DNA of 64,000 bases from NCBI GenBank assembly GCA_032161105.1, contig JAVHTD010000009.1. One strand, written 5' to 3'. Positions 9,786 to 19,220 of this stretch are shown in pieces. The stretch's first letter is position 1; every line of letters begins with the position of its first letter. Both the position numbers and the translations under genes were made by a program. This DNA is from Candidatus Thermosaccharophagus tengchongensis. Lineage in GTDB: Bacteria > Armatimonadota > Fervidibacteria > Fervidibacterales > Thermosaccharophagaceae. Under the pieces are notes generated by a model. That model ran no database searches. It was not told the DNA's origin and worked only from the letters and a program-made list of their open reading frames with translations.

Positions 9786-11605
9786 CTTTTGACGCCCTCC
9801 CTGATTCGCCACGCGATTCCGACGGCAACGCACATTGAGATAAATACGGTTAAGAGGAACGCCCTCGTTATCCAAATAGTCGCTCCCGGACGCTGCCCTT
9901 CAACGCTTCTTGCGATGACGGTGTAATACGAATCGCTGTCGGCGATGAAGCTGAATACATTGCTCCCTTTGAAGTAGCCTGCGAAGACTTCATCGCCAGC
10001 CTTGAACTCGCTTAAGCTCGCCCTCTCGCAATTGCGCAGCAGCGTAGTTCCGTCGGCTTGCCTGACTGTGCCGACTATCTCACCCCTTTCAGTCCTGATT
10101 GCCACACGAGCTTCTTCACCGATGAGCTCAATTCGCTCTATGGAGCCGTAGTAGGTTTTGGGTGGCAACAGGTTCCGCCAAATCCAGCCAAAGAAGATGA
10201 GGATCAAAAACAGTGGTGTCACATATTTGCTTGTGTAGTAGAAGAAGCGAGGCGCGCGAAGCTCGGCACCACGGTGCATCTCCTCCCACATCCTATCGGC
10301 TCCGAATATCCACATCATGATGATGACTTCAATCAGGGCGAGCAGCGGTGGACCGAATGTGCCAGCCCAAAAATCCATCACATCAACGCCGCCGCGAAGG
10401 AAGATGCAAATTTGGGTTGTGACGAAGTAGAAACAACCGAGCACGAGAGCTGCGTGAACTCTCCTGATGCCGAAGTGCTCTTGAAGGAATGCCATTATGG
10501 GTTGCGACATGGCAACGGAAGATGTAAGGCCGGCGAAGAAGAGAAGTAAGAACCAAAGTGCGCCAAATAAGTTGCCAAGAGGCAAGTAGCTGAATATCGC
10601 CGGCATTGAAATAAAAGCGAGGTAGAAGACGCCCTTTCCGGCAGCCTCAAGTGCCCCAACCAAGCCAAAGAAAGTGACCGCTGCCGGAATGGCAATTGAG
10701 CCGCCAAGCACGACTTCAGCAAACTCATTTGTAGCCGTCGTTGTCAAGCCAGTCAGCATGACATCGTCATTCTCGTCCATATAGCTCGCATAGGTTTGTA
10801 TGGCACCCATACCTAAGCTCAGCGTGAAGAACATCTGCCCAGCTGCTGCCAGCCATATCGTTGGATCAAGCAAAGTGATGACAGTATGTCCGGAGCGCTC
10901 CATCACCCATTTTGGCTCCCAGAGGAATGACAAGCCTTTAAGTGGTGTCCATTCCGGGTGGACTTGTGCACCGAGCGTGAAAACCCTTATTACAAGCACT
11001 ATCGCAAATAGGAATAGCAGTGGCATTGCCACCTTAGCGAGCACTTCAATGCCGCGGGAAACGCCTCGGGCAAGTATCCACATGTTGAGCATGAGCGTGA
11101 TGAGGAAGAACGCATACGCTGTTGGGCTGACGGAGATAAACCATTCACCGCCCTTACCGATGTAGGAGGCAAAGTATTCCTCAAACTGCGCCAAAACCTC
11201 CCTCGGCGACATGCCGGGTTCAACAGTCGGCATCTTCCCAATGAGCGCAAGGAAGCTATAGCCAAGCGTCCAGCTCTCAATGTAGGTGTAGTAAATCATG
11301 ATCACCGTCGGGATGAATATGCCGAGCACCCCGAGATATTTACTTATGCGCGCACGCCACATCTCGTGGAACATCCCTGGCGTTGTCCCATAGCCTCGTG
11401 AACCGCCGAAACGCCCCTGGGCGAATTCCATCCACATTAGCGGTATGCCCATCATGACGAGGGAGATGAAATAAGGTATCATGAATGCGCCGCCGCCATT
11501 GCGAGCTGCCTGTCCGGGGAAGCGCAGGAAGTTTCCAAGCCCTATGGCATTGCCAGCCATCGCCAAAATGAGCCCTATCCTCGTCGCCCATCGTTCACGC
11601 CGCAT
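9782..11605 (-). CDS. Sodium-dependent amino-acid transporter, NSS family, LeuT-like
   Basis: 'RERWATRIGLILAMAGNAIGLGNFLRFP...NGGGAFMIPY', 'FFTLSLG', 'FAGLTSS' match LeuT-type motifs. Confidence 0.93.
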   Translation of the reverse strand: MRRERWATRIGLILAMAGNAIGLGNFLRFPGQAARNGGGAFMIPYFISLVMMGIPLMWMEFAQGRFGGSRGYGTTPGMFHEMWRARISKYLGVLGIFIPTVIMIYYTYIESWTLGYSFLALIGKMPTVEPGMSPREVLAQFEEYFASYIGKGGEWFISVSPTAYAFFLITLMLNMWILARGVSRGIEVLAKVAMPLLFLFAIVLVIRVFTLGAQVHPEWTPLKGLSFLWEPKWVMERSGHTVITLLDPTIWLAAAGQMFFTLSLGMGAIQTYASYMDENDDVMLTGLTTTATNEFAEVVLGGSIAIPAAVTFFGLVGALEAAGKGVFYLAFISMPAIFSYLPLGNLFGALWFLLLFFAGLTSSVAMSQPIMAFLQEHFGIRRVHAALVLGCFYFVTTQICIFLRGGVDVMDFWAGTFGPPLLALIEVIIMMWIFGADRMWEEMHRGAELRAPRFFYYTSKYVTPLFLILIFFGWIWRNLLPPKTYYGSIERIELIGEEARVAIRTERGEIVGTVRQADGTTLLRNCERASLSEFKAGDEVFAGYFKGSNVFSFIADSDSYYTVIARSVEGQRPGATIWITRAFLLTVFISMCVAVGIAWRIREGVKR

Positions 11606-11628
11606 CCTGACGCCACCTCAAGCCAATT

Positions 11629-12393
11629 TCAGATGTCCAGTATCCCATCAACTTGCGTCAGGTTTATGAAAGCATCGCATGACCTTATGAGCTCGGGCGA
11701 TGTGAGTTTATCCGGACCAATGACCTTGACCATCTTGCCCATCCTTGCAAGCTGATCAATTAGCGGCGCAAAGTCACCATCACCGGTGACGATGACTATC
11801 TCATCAAGGTATGGTGCTTCGGACAATATTTCAATTGCCATCTCCATGTCCATGCTTGCCTTCACAGATCCATCGGGGAGGCGCTTTATAGGCTTTGCTA
11901 CGACTCTGTATCCCATAAGCGCGAGCGCATGGATAAACTCAAGCTGCGGGCGATTGTCCGGGTCGTAACATGTGAATGCGGTCATCTTGACGATGGCTCC
12001 ATTGCGGGATAAAAAATCCTTGAGCGCACGGTAGTTTATCTTCGCCTGATTGAAAACGCTCTTCACGCACAAGTAAAGGTTTTGCACATCTATAAACACA
12101 CCCACCCTCCAAGGTTGCCCATATGGGCGCGGGACAAACTCCTCCTTTGTAATGCTCCATGAGTGCTCACGCTGCTGCGGGAATAAGTCACCTTGCTCAT
12201 CATTGTTAAAGCCCCTGCCAAAATGACTTAAAGACGCATCCTGCACATTTTCTCCCATTGCTTTCACCCCCCTCATGGGCTGCGCTGGCTGCCTTGTTTT
12301 AGCTTCAAACCCATCGTGTGTCTTTTTAACTCCTACAAGACGACGCCAGATGCTCCAAAGCCAACCTGCACGGTGCATATGCTTGCTTTTCAT
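11629..12393 (-). CDS. NYN domain (LabA/DUF88, PIN-like) protein
   Basis: FIDVQNLY, KASMDMEM, VTGDGDFAPL, LIRSCDAFI. Confidence 0.88.
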   Translation of the reverse strand: MKSKHMHRAGWLWSIWRRLVGVKKTHDGFEAKTRQPAQPMRGVKAMGENVQDASLSHFGRGFNNDEQGDLFPQQREHSWSITKEEFVPRPYGQPWRVGVFIDVQNLYLCVKSVFNQAKINYRALKDFLSRNGAIVKMTAFTCYDPDNRPQLEFIHALALMGYRVVAKPIKRLPDGSVKASMDMEMAIEILSEAPYLDEIVIVTGDGDFAPLIDQLARMGKMVKVIGPDKLTSPELIRSCDAFINLTQVDGILDI

Positions 12394-12525
12394 GAGTAAT
12401 CACCAACCACGGCAATCACTGCAGCGTTTGATGAGGGGACAAAAACCACACTCATTTTAGCGCGCCTTGAAATTCACATAAGTTGAGTGCACTGTCAGCT
12501 GGTCGCGATCTTTTGAGGCAATCGC

Positions 12526-13134
12526 TCAGGTTAGTTCGTTATGCTCATCAAATCTAAACTTTGAAACTGCTGCCTCTTTCCTCCGGTGGTAGAGCCACAG
12601 CAATGCGAAAAAGCCAGAGAGAGCTAAGACGAGAAGCAAGCTTACGATGTCCAGTTGCTTGACGAACGCCTGCCCGATGAAGCGCACGGAATATGCCACA
12701 AGGAAGAAGCGTGCGCCACGCCCGATGAACGACATGAAGAGCAGCGCAAAAATGCTCAGCCTGAAGACACCGCTTGCAATCGTGAATACCTTGTAGGGGA
12801 TTGGCGTGAAGGCAGCTATGAGGACTGCCCATGCACCATAGTTGTTGTAGAGGTTTTCGGCGGCTTCCACCTTGCTCCGTTTAAAGAGCTTGAGCAACAA
12901 TGGGCGTCCGCCAATCAACCCAATTGCATATCCCAGTAGCGCACCGAGCACGCTGCCAATTGTGCAAACAGTGCTGGCAGCTAAAGCAACCATCGGTGCT
13001 CTCGTCGTGATGGCGATTAAAAGCACATCCGGTGGCACCGGGAAGAAGGACGACTCAATGAATGCCACGACGAATAGCCCGATCATGCCATAGCGGTCAA
13101 GCAGTTGCAATGCCCACTGTTGCAATGCCACCAA
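12526..13134 (-). CDS. YqaA/DedA (VTT domain) membrane protein
   Basis: 'ESSFFPVPPD', 'FTPIPYKVFTI', 'GRGARFF'. Start estimated just downstream of the upstream gene's stop. Confidence 0.88.
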   Translation of the reverse strand: MVALQQWALQLLDRYGMIGLFVVAFIESSFFPVPPDVLLIAITTRAPMVALAASTVCTIGSVLGALLGYAIGLIGGRPLLLKLFKRSKVEAAENLYNNYGAWAVLIAAFTPIPYKVFTIASGVFRLSIFALLFMSFIGRGARFFLVAYSVRFIGQAFVKQLDIVSLLLVLALSGFFALLWLYHRRKEAAVSKFRFDEHNELT

Positions 13135-13141
13135 CTCATCC

Positions 13142-13852
13142 TCATCTCCCTTCACTCTCGTTGGCGCCATAACGCTGCTGCGTTTCCCATGCGACCAAAC
13201 TGTGCAGCGCATTGTAATGATCCAATATGTCGCTCAAGTATGAGGTGATGTTCGCCACATTCGGTATGCCGAGGCGCAATTGGATCAGCTTTGGACCAAG
13301 CCTATATGAAGCGAGTGCCATTTCAATGAGATCATCCCTATCATGCCAGAGCTGCATCAGCATGCCAATGTAGCGTGCAGCCCCATCCAAGTTTTGAGCG
13401 ATATCGTATGGGTCTATCACGCCGAGCATGGTTGCAGTTTGTGGCATCAGCTGGGCAAGCCCGATGGCGCCGCTCGGCGAGCGAGCCTCCGGGCGGAAAG
13501 ATGACTCTCTCGCCACAACGGCTGCAAGCAAGAGTGGGTCAATGCAATTTCGCCTCGCCGCATCAAGCAATGCAAGTGCAATCACTTCTGCAAGCTCCCT
13601 TTTAAGCCGTCCGTTCAACTTCATCGCATACTCAGCTATGGCGTTTGCGATGACCATCTCATCAGCTTCGCTTCGCTGTTTAAGCGCCTCAGTCAGCCGC
13701 GTGCACTTCGGCAAAAGCGGCGCATGTAAAGCCACCAAGGCGCGTTCGTTTGCGCTTAGCGCATTTGCATATGGACGGATTGCATCGCAGTCACTTCGCA
13801 CAAGCAACTGCATCATCAGAGCTGTTAGGATGAGCGCTCCACCGAGTCCCAT
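13142..13852 (-). CDS. Lytic transglycosylase (SLT domain) with N-terminal signal/anchor
   Basis: 'AVVARESSF...SPSGAIGLAQLMP.TA', 'QNLDGAARYI'. Start estimated at ATG 13852. Confidence 0.85.
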   Translation of the reverse strand: MGLGGALILTALMMQLLVRSDCDAIRPYANALSANERALVALHAPLLPKCTRLTEALKQRSEADEMVIANAIAEYAMKLNGRLKRELAEVIALALLDAARRNCIDPLLLAAVVARESSFRPEARSPSGAIGLAQLMPQTATMLGVIDPYDIAQNLDGAARYIGMLMQLWHDRDDLIEMALASYRLGPKLIQLRLGIPNVANITSYLSDILDHYNALHSLVAWETQQRYGANESEGR

Positions 13853-13898
13853 TCTCGTCACCGCAGTGGCACAGGCAAAGTAAAAGCATGAGCGATAG

Positions 13899-14786
13899 TC
13901 AAAGTGAGAAGCCCTCCCCGAGGATGAGGTCAATGAGGCGTTGTAAGTCGCCATCGGAGAAGTATCGGATCTCAACCGTGCCGCCGCGCCTGCCCGGCTT
14001 TATGCGGACGCGCATTTGCAACCTTTCCTGAAGCGCATCCTGCAAAGAGAGCAAGTTCGGATCAACCTTTGGCTTCTCCTTTGGCGGCTTCTCATGTTGC
14101 TCCTTGAGGCGGCGCACAAGCGCTTCAGTTTGCCTCACTGAAAGGTTGTGCCTTTGAATGAGCGAAAATGCGTGAAGGATGAGATGCTCTTCATCAAGCG
14201 CAAGGAGTGCTCTGCCATGTCCCTCGGATATTTCTCCCCTTCGTATAGCCTCCTTCACCGGCTCTGGAAGCTGTAAGAGGCGCATGGAGTTGGCTATGGC
14301 TGCCCTACTCTTACCGACGCGCGCTGCTATCTCCTCTTGCGTCATCCCGAAGCGCCGAGAGAGCTGAAAGTATGCTTCTGCCTCCTCAATTGGGTTGATG
14401 TCCTCTCGCTGCAAGTTTTCAACGAGCGCAAACTCTATCATCTCCTGATCGTCACATTGCCTAATGACAGCCGGCAGCTTCCTAAGCCCGGCAATCATTG
14501 CGGCACGCCATCGCCTCTCACCAGTTACAAGCTGATAGCCATCCTCAGTTTGCCTGACAACAACCGGTTGAAGCAACCCGTGCACCCTTATGGAGTCGGC
14601 GAGTTCCTGTAGCGCCTTTTGATCCATGTCGCGGCGCGGTTGAAATGGGTTTGGCTTTATGCGGTCAATATCTATCTCAACGATGCTGGCTGCCTCTGGC
14701 GTTACTGTTGCAAGCCAATTTTCATCCACTGCTGGTGGTATGAGGGCATCCAGTCCACGACCGAGACCGCGTTTTCGCATCTTCAA
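13899..14786 (-). CDS. parB: Chromosome partitioning protein ParB/Spo0J
   Basis: GLGRGL N-terminus, NPFQPR, GERRWRA, ENLQREDI, HTH. Confidence 0.95.
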   Translation of the reverse strand: MKMRKRGLGRGLDALIPPAVDENWLATVTPEAASIVEIDIDRIKPNPFQPRRDMDQKALQELADSIRVHGLLQPVVVRQTEDGYQLVTGERRWRAAMIAGLRKLPAVIRQCDDQEMIEFALVENLQREDINPIEEAEAYFQLSRRFGMTQEEIAARVGKSRAAIANSMRLLQLPEPVKEAIRRGEISEGHGRALLALDEEHLILHAFSLIQRHNLSVRQTEALVRRLKEQHEKPPKEKPKVDPNLLSLQDALQERLQMRVRIKPGRRGGTVEIRYFSDGDLQRLIDLILGEGFSL

Positions 14787-14901
14787 TCCACCACCTAATT
14801 GCTGCGTGTCTGCAATTGCAAGTGGTCCTCAACCCGGTCTGACAAAGGGCTGCATCAATTCAATTCAACTTTAGCTGCGCGATGCTGCATCCTCGTTTGC
14901 A

Positions 14902-14930
14902 AAGATAACAGCTTTTGGCAAAGCCGTCAA
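14902..14930 (-). promoter_or_regulatory. Sigma70-type promoter for the parB unit
   Basis: Minus strand TTGACG-17 nt-TATCTT with a TGn extended -10. Confidence 0.6.
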
Positions 14931-15039
14931 TCACCGCACTGCATGGCGCATGTGCTGTAGAGGGCATCCTTGCAAACTGCTTTACTCGTAAGCTGTGCCA
15001 TCCAAGCTGCGACAATGCTCAATAGCTATGGGCAGCTTT

Positions 15040-15068
15040 TTGGACCGACATTTTGAATGCGCTATAAT
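15040..15068 (+). promoter_or_regulatory. Putative sigma70 promoter of the riboswitch-led unit
   Basis: TTGGAC-17 nt-TATAAT (perfect -10), about 70 nt upstream of the riboswitch. Confidence 0.5.
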
Positions 15069-15137
15069 GAAGTGACGATGTTTCTGCATTGCGCCAGTAG
15101 GAGGAACTTCAACTGCTCACAATCAATGCGGTGCGAA

Positions 15138-15318
15138 GCGGGTGGATGAGCGGGAAGACGGTGCAAATCCGTCGCTGCCCCGCAGCTGTGACCGGGGACG
15201 AAACCCGTATGGCGGTGCATTTAACTTGGCACCGTCAAAAGCCACTGGTGGGGCTGATCCCCACTGGGAAGGCACGGGGAGTAGGATGATCCGGGAGCCA
15301 GAAGACCGGTCCACCCGC
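15138..15318 (+). ncRNA. Cobalamin (B12) riboswitch
   Basis: GGGAAGACGGTGCAAATCCGTCGCTGCCCCGCAGCTGTG core, GCCACTG...GGGAAGG, B12 box AGCCAGAAGACC. Closing stem GCGGGTGGA (15138-46) / TCCACCCGC (15310-18). Lies upstream of btuF-cobUTS. Confidence 0.93.
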
Positions 15319-15633
15319 GGGAATGCTCGTGCCGCCTCGCGGGAGGGCGATGAGCATGCTCAAAGAGCGGTTTGGCAGACCCCCGGCAAGCTGCTAAGGG
15401 AGCTTCCAAGGATGGGGATGGCTGCCGGGGGTAATTGCTTTATGCACCGCAGCAGCGCCGCATGAATACCCCCGCTGTGTAGGAAGTGCAGCTACTCCCC
15501 ATCTGATGCCTTGGCTTTCTCCGGCAGCAAAGCTTTCGCCATCCATACTCTCAGCCTTGCCGGTGCACTAACACAGTCAAACGCGCTCACCGGTTGTTTG
15601 GCATAACCAAAACCAAAAGCACGGAGGTGCGTC

Positions 15634-16443
15634 GTGATGAGGCGCTATAGGTGCAGCTCAAATTTGGGCTTTGGCGCAGCAAGATGCACAGGACAACAGA
15701 CGCCGGGAGCATTCACGCTAATTGAGCTGCTGGTGGTGATTGCCATAATCGCCATCTTGGCAGCGATATTGTTCCCGGTGTTTGCACGGGCGAGGGAGAA
15801 GGCAAGGCAAGCTTCATGTCAGTCCAACCTGAAGCAGATCGGTCTGGCTTTCCTAATGTATGTCCAAGACTACGATGAAATGGCGATGCCAGTGCAAGTC
15901 AGTGGCGCCGGAAAAACATACTACTGGTGGGGCAGTTGGGATGGGAGCACATTAAATGAACAAGAGGGGCTTCTTTACCCCTACATGAGGAACACGCAAA
16001 TTAGGGCATGTCCATCATTCCCTGAGACATTGCGCACAGCGTTGGGGCTCACAGGATATGGGTATAACTACGCCTACCTATCTCCATACCTTCCACCCGA
16101 CTGGGATGTGCATCCGGTCTCCATAGCCAAGATTCAAAACCCGGCTGAGACGGTTCTTATGGCGGACGCAGCCCGGATAAATACATGGAGCTACCCTCAA
16201 CCAACTTTGGAAGGCAATGCCTACCTTGACCCGCCTTCTTACAGTTACCCTGGCTTTCACGCTCGCCACAATGAGACGGGAAATGTCCTATGGATGGATG
16301 GGCATGTGAAAGCGAGGAAACCGGTATACCGAACCGGGACTTTCGGATGGGGATATAACGCCGATGACTTTCGCAAGAACAATCTCGGCGACATTGATGA
16401 GGATGGCGACCTGACCACAGATGAGCTGTTTGACCTGAACTGA
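15634..16443 (+). CDS. Prepilin-type N-terminal cleavage/methylation protein with H-X9-DG motif (DUF1559-like)
   Basis: [61 protein letters not shown]. Confidence 0.92.
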   Translation: MMRRYRCSSNLGFGAARCTGQQTPGAFTLIELLVVIAIIAILAAILFPVFARAREKARQASCQSNLKQIGLAFLMYVQDYDEMAMPVQVSGAGKTYYWWGSWDGSTLNEQEGLLYPYMRNTQIRACPSFPETLRTALGLTGYGYNYAYLSPYLPPDWDVHPVSIAKIQNPAETVLMADAARINTWSYPQPTLEGNAYLDPPSYSYPGFHARHNETGNVLWMDGHVKARKPVYRTGTFGWGYNADDFRKNNLGDIDEDGDLTTDELFDLN

Positions 16444-16588
16444 AGCGCAATGCTCACGCCCTGTGCAAGGTGGCTGAGGAATGATTGAGTGAGACTCCCC
16501 TGCGCCTTTGATGCTGGGGCGCAAACAGCCCGTGCAGTTCTAACTGACGGAATGCTGCTGCCAGCACAGACGGTTGAAATGAAAAGGG

Positions 16589-17527
16589 GTGGGCAATGTG
16601 AACGATAGATGTCACTGTGCTGGTGGGCTGATAGCGGTGCTTCTGATGGCGCAAATCTGCGCCCTCTGCACCGCTGAGACAGCTCGTCACGGGTGCGCAG
16701 TCAAAGATGATTTGGGAAGGCTCATCAAACTTGATGTGCTGCCGAAACGCATCATATCGCTCTCGCCGAGCACAACCGAGATACTCTTTGCCATAGGCGC
16801 CGGCAGGCTCGTCGTTGCCGTTGATGATTGGTCCGACTATCCACCTGAAGCACGCCGCTTGCCGAAGGTGGGTCCTTTTATGCGCCCAAGCATTGAGGCT
16901 GTAGTTAAGCATCACCCGGATTTGATCGTGCTCGCATCAGTTGTGCTTCCGATGAGTGAGGTTGAAACGCTTGAGGGGAGGGTGCGTGCGCCAATATTCG
17001 TCATGTCCCCAAGGAGGGTCATTGACATAGTGAGCAGCATTGAGAGAATCGGGATGCTCGTCGGTAAGCAAAAGGAGGCCAAGCTGGTTGCCGATAGGAT
17101 GCGCTCCGACATAAAACGCATCACGGCGATGCAACAAAAGCGCTTCAGGAAGCCGAGTGTGTTCATAGAGGTCTCGCCGCCACCAAGTCTGATGGGCGTC
17201 GGCGCCAACAATTTCATTGATGATGCCATTGAGCTCGCTGGCGGATACAACATCATGAGGCGGCTCAAATCAAGGAGTGAATTCCCAACGGTCAGCCTTG
17301 AGGTGCTGATGGCGCTTAACCCAGATGTTTACATTTTGGCGAGGCACGGTCGTTTGAATTCGGCTCGTGCCCTTTGCGAGGTCAGGGGGAGAAGCGGCTT
17401 TGAGCAACTCAAAGCGGTGCGCATGGGTAGAGTATACGCGCTCAACGCTGATTTGATTTTCAGACCCGGACCGAGGATCACATCGGGGATAGCTGAACTG
17501 CACCGCTTCCTTTATGGACGCAAGTGA
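16589..17527 (+). CDS. btuF: Cobalamin-binding periplasmic protein (BtuF-like ABC substrate-binding protein)
   Basis: Signal peptide, 'DDLGR...PKRIISLSPSTTEILFAIG', 'DYPPEA', 'RPGPR'; B12 context. Confidence 0.85.
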   Translation: MGNVNDRCHCAGGLIAVLLMAQICALCTAETARHGCAVKDDLGRLIKLDVLPKRIISLSPSTTEILFAIGAGRLVVAVDDWSDYPPEARRLPKVGPFMRPSIEAVVKHHPDLIVLASVVLPMSEVETLEGRVRAPIFVMSPRRVIDIVSSIERIGMLVGKQKEAKLVADRMRSDIKRITAMQQKRFRKPSVFIEVSPPPSLMGVGANNFIDDAIELAGGYNIMRRLKSRSEFPTVSLEVLMALNPDVYILARHGRLNSARALCEVRGRSGFEQLKAVRMGRVYALNADLIFRPGPRITSGIAELHRFLYGRK

Positions 17528-17568
17528 TGTTTGGTGCGGGCATGATGTTTGTGCCACAGTGTGGGGGT

Positions 17569-18129
17569 ATGAGCATTGTGGGATTAATCACACTACTACT
17601 TGGTGGGGCGCGCAGCGGGAAGAGCAAATTCGCTGTTGAGCTTGCAAGGGGCAATGGAAAAGTGGCTTTCATAGCCACAGCAACATGCACCGATGGCGAA
17701 ATGGAAAAGCGAATTGAAGCGCACAGGCGTTCTCGCCCGAGGGAGTGGCTGACCGTTGAAGAGGCGCTCAATGTATCCGAATGGATTGATGAGCATGGCG
17801 ATGAATTTGATGTGGTGATAATTGACTGCATCACGCTATGGCTCAGCAATTGCCTTGCATTTGGCATGAGCGATGAAGCGATATTGGACGCCGTTGAGAA
17901 GCTGCTCAATGCGTGCAAGGGGCGCAAGTGCAACGCCATCATAGTGAGCAATGAAGTTGGTATGGGAGTTGTCCCAATGACGCACATTGGCAGGCGATTT
18001 AGGGACTTGCTCGGTGAAGCAAATCAAAAGCTCGCCTCATGTGCTGATTGTGTATACTGGCTTTGCGCCGGCATACCGGTGCGTTTAAAGGGGCAAGATT
18101 TGCGCAACTGCCCTCAGGTGAATGAATGA
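17569..18129 (+). CDS. cobU: Adenosylcobinamide kinase / cobinamide-phosphate guanylyltransferase
   Basis: GGARSGKS, EMEKRIEAH, DCITLW, VSNEVGMG, RRFRD. Confidence 0.95.
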   Translation: MSIVGLITLLLGGARSGKSKFAVELARGNGKVAFIATATCTDGEMEKRIEAHRRSRPREWLTVEEALNVSEWIDEHGDEFDVVIIDCITLWLSNCLAFGMSDEAILDAVEKLLNACKGRKCNAIIVSNEVGMGVVPMTHIGRRFRDLLGEANQKLASCADCVYWLCAGIPVRLKGQDLRNCPQVNE

Positions 18130-18152
18130 AGCGGTGGGCGTGGTGATGCGAT

Positions 18153-19217
18153 GTGGACAACAAAAGCCTTCAAGCACTCTTGAACGCTATAAAGCCGTTG
18201 GATAGGCTATCAATGGTTAAAGCGAGTGAGCGCATGGACAGGCTAACCAAGCCGCTCGGGAGCCTCGGCAAGCTGGAAGACATTGCCGTGCGTGTTGCCG
18301 GAATTACCGGGACACCATTGCCGAGCGTGGAAGGCAAGGCTGTAGTTGTGTTTGCAGCTGATCATGGTGTCACCGCTCAGGGCGTGAGCCTTTACCCGAG
18401 GGAAGTTACGGCGCAAATGGTGATGAATTTCGTCCGTGGCGGCGCGGCGATAAGCGTGCTGAGCAGGCATTGCGGTGCAAGGCTTGTGGTGGTTGATGTT
18501 GGGGTTGCGGCAGAACTGCCACAGCATGATGGTTTGATCTTGAGGAAGGTTGCATGGGGCACAAGGGATCTTTCAACCGAACCAGCAATGACGCTTGAGC
18601 AGGCGATGGAGGCGATTGGCATCGGCGTTGAAGTGACCAAGATGCTTATCAACGATGGCGCACGCATGATCGCCCTCGGTGATATGGGGATAGGCAACAC
18701 AACGCCGAGCGCAGCCATTGCTGCGGTGCTGCTCGGTAAGCCAGCAAGGGATGTGACGGGGAGGGGCACGGGGTTGGATGATGAGCGCTACGAGCATAAG
18801 GTCGCTGTTATTGAAGCAGCATTGAATTTGCACCGTCCAACCCCGGATGACCCAATTGGAGTGCTCACAAAAGTTGGCGGGCTTGAGATTGCGGCGTTAA
18901 TTGGCGTTGTGATAGCTTGTGCGGCGGGGCGAATCCCGGTCGTGCTTGACGGGTTTATCACAACCGCTGCAGCGGCACTCGCATTCAAGATGCAACCGCT
19001 TGTGAGAGAATACATGTTTGCCGGGCATATCTCAATGGAGCCGGGGCACCGCCTGTTGCTTGACTGGCTTGGGCTTGAGCCAATATTGAATCTCAACATG
19101 CGCCTCGGGGAGGGAACTGGTGCTGTCTTGGCGATGCACCTGATTGACGGTGCGTGTAAGCTGCTCTCACAGATGGCTACATTTGATGAGGCGGGTGTTT
19201 CCGGTCCGGTGGCGTAA
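18153..19217 (+). CDS. cobT: Nicotinate-nucleotide:dimethylbenzimidazole phosphoribosyltransferase
   Basis: LTKPLGSLGKLE, FAADHG, GDMGIGNTT, MRLGEGTGA. Confidence 0.96.
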   Translation: MDNKSLQALLNAIKPLDRLSMVKASERMDRLTKPLGSLGKLEDIAVRVAGITGTPLPSVEGKAVVVFAADHGVTAQGVSLYPREVTAQMVMNFVRGGAAISVLSRHCGARLVVVDVGVAAELPQHDGLILRKVAWGTRDLSTEPAMTLEQAMEAIGIGVEVTKMLINDGARMIALGDMGIGNTTPSAAIAAVLLGKPARDVTGRGTGLDDERYEHKVAVIEAALNLHRPTPDDPIGVLTKVGGLEIAALIGVVIACAAGRIPVVLDGFITTAAAALAFKMQPLVREYMFAGHISMEPGHRLLLDWLGLEPILNLNMRLGEGTGAVLAMHLIDGACKLLSQMATFDEAGVSGPVA

Positions 19218-19220
19218 GGC

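Noticed and set aside
15123..15465. Short ORFs (63, 107 and 62 aa) between parB and the pseudopilin
   Set aside because: They overlap the cobalamin riboswitch and its leader and have no protein-like motifs.
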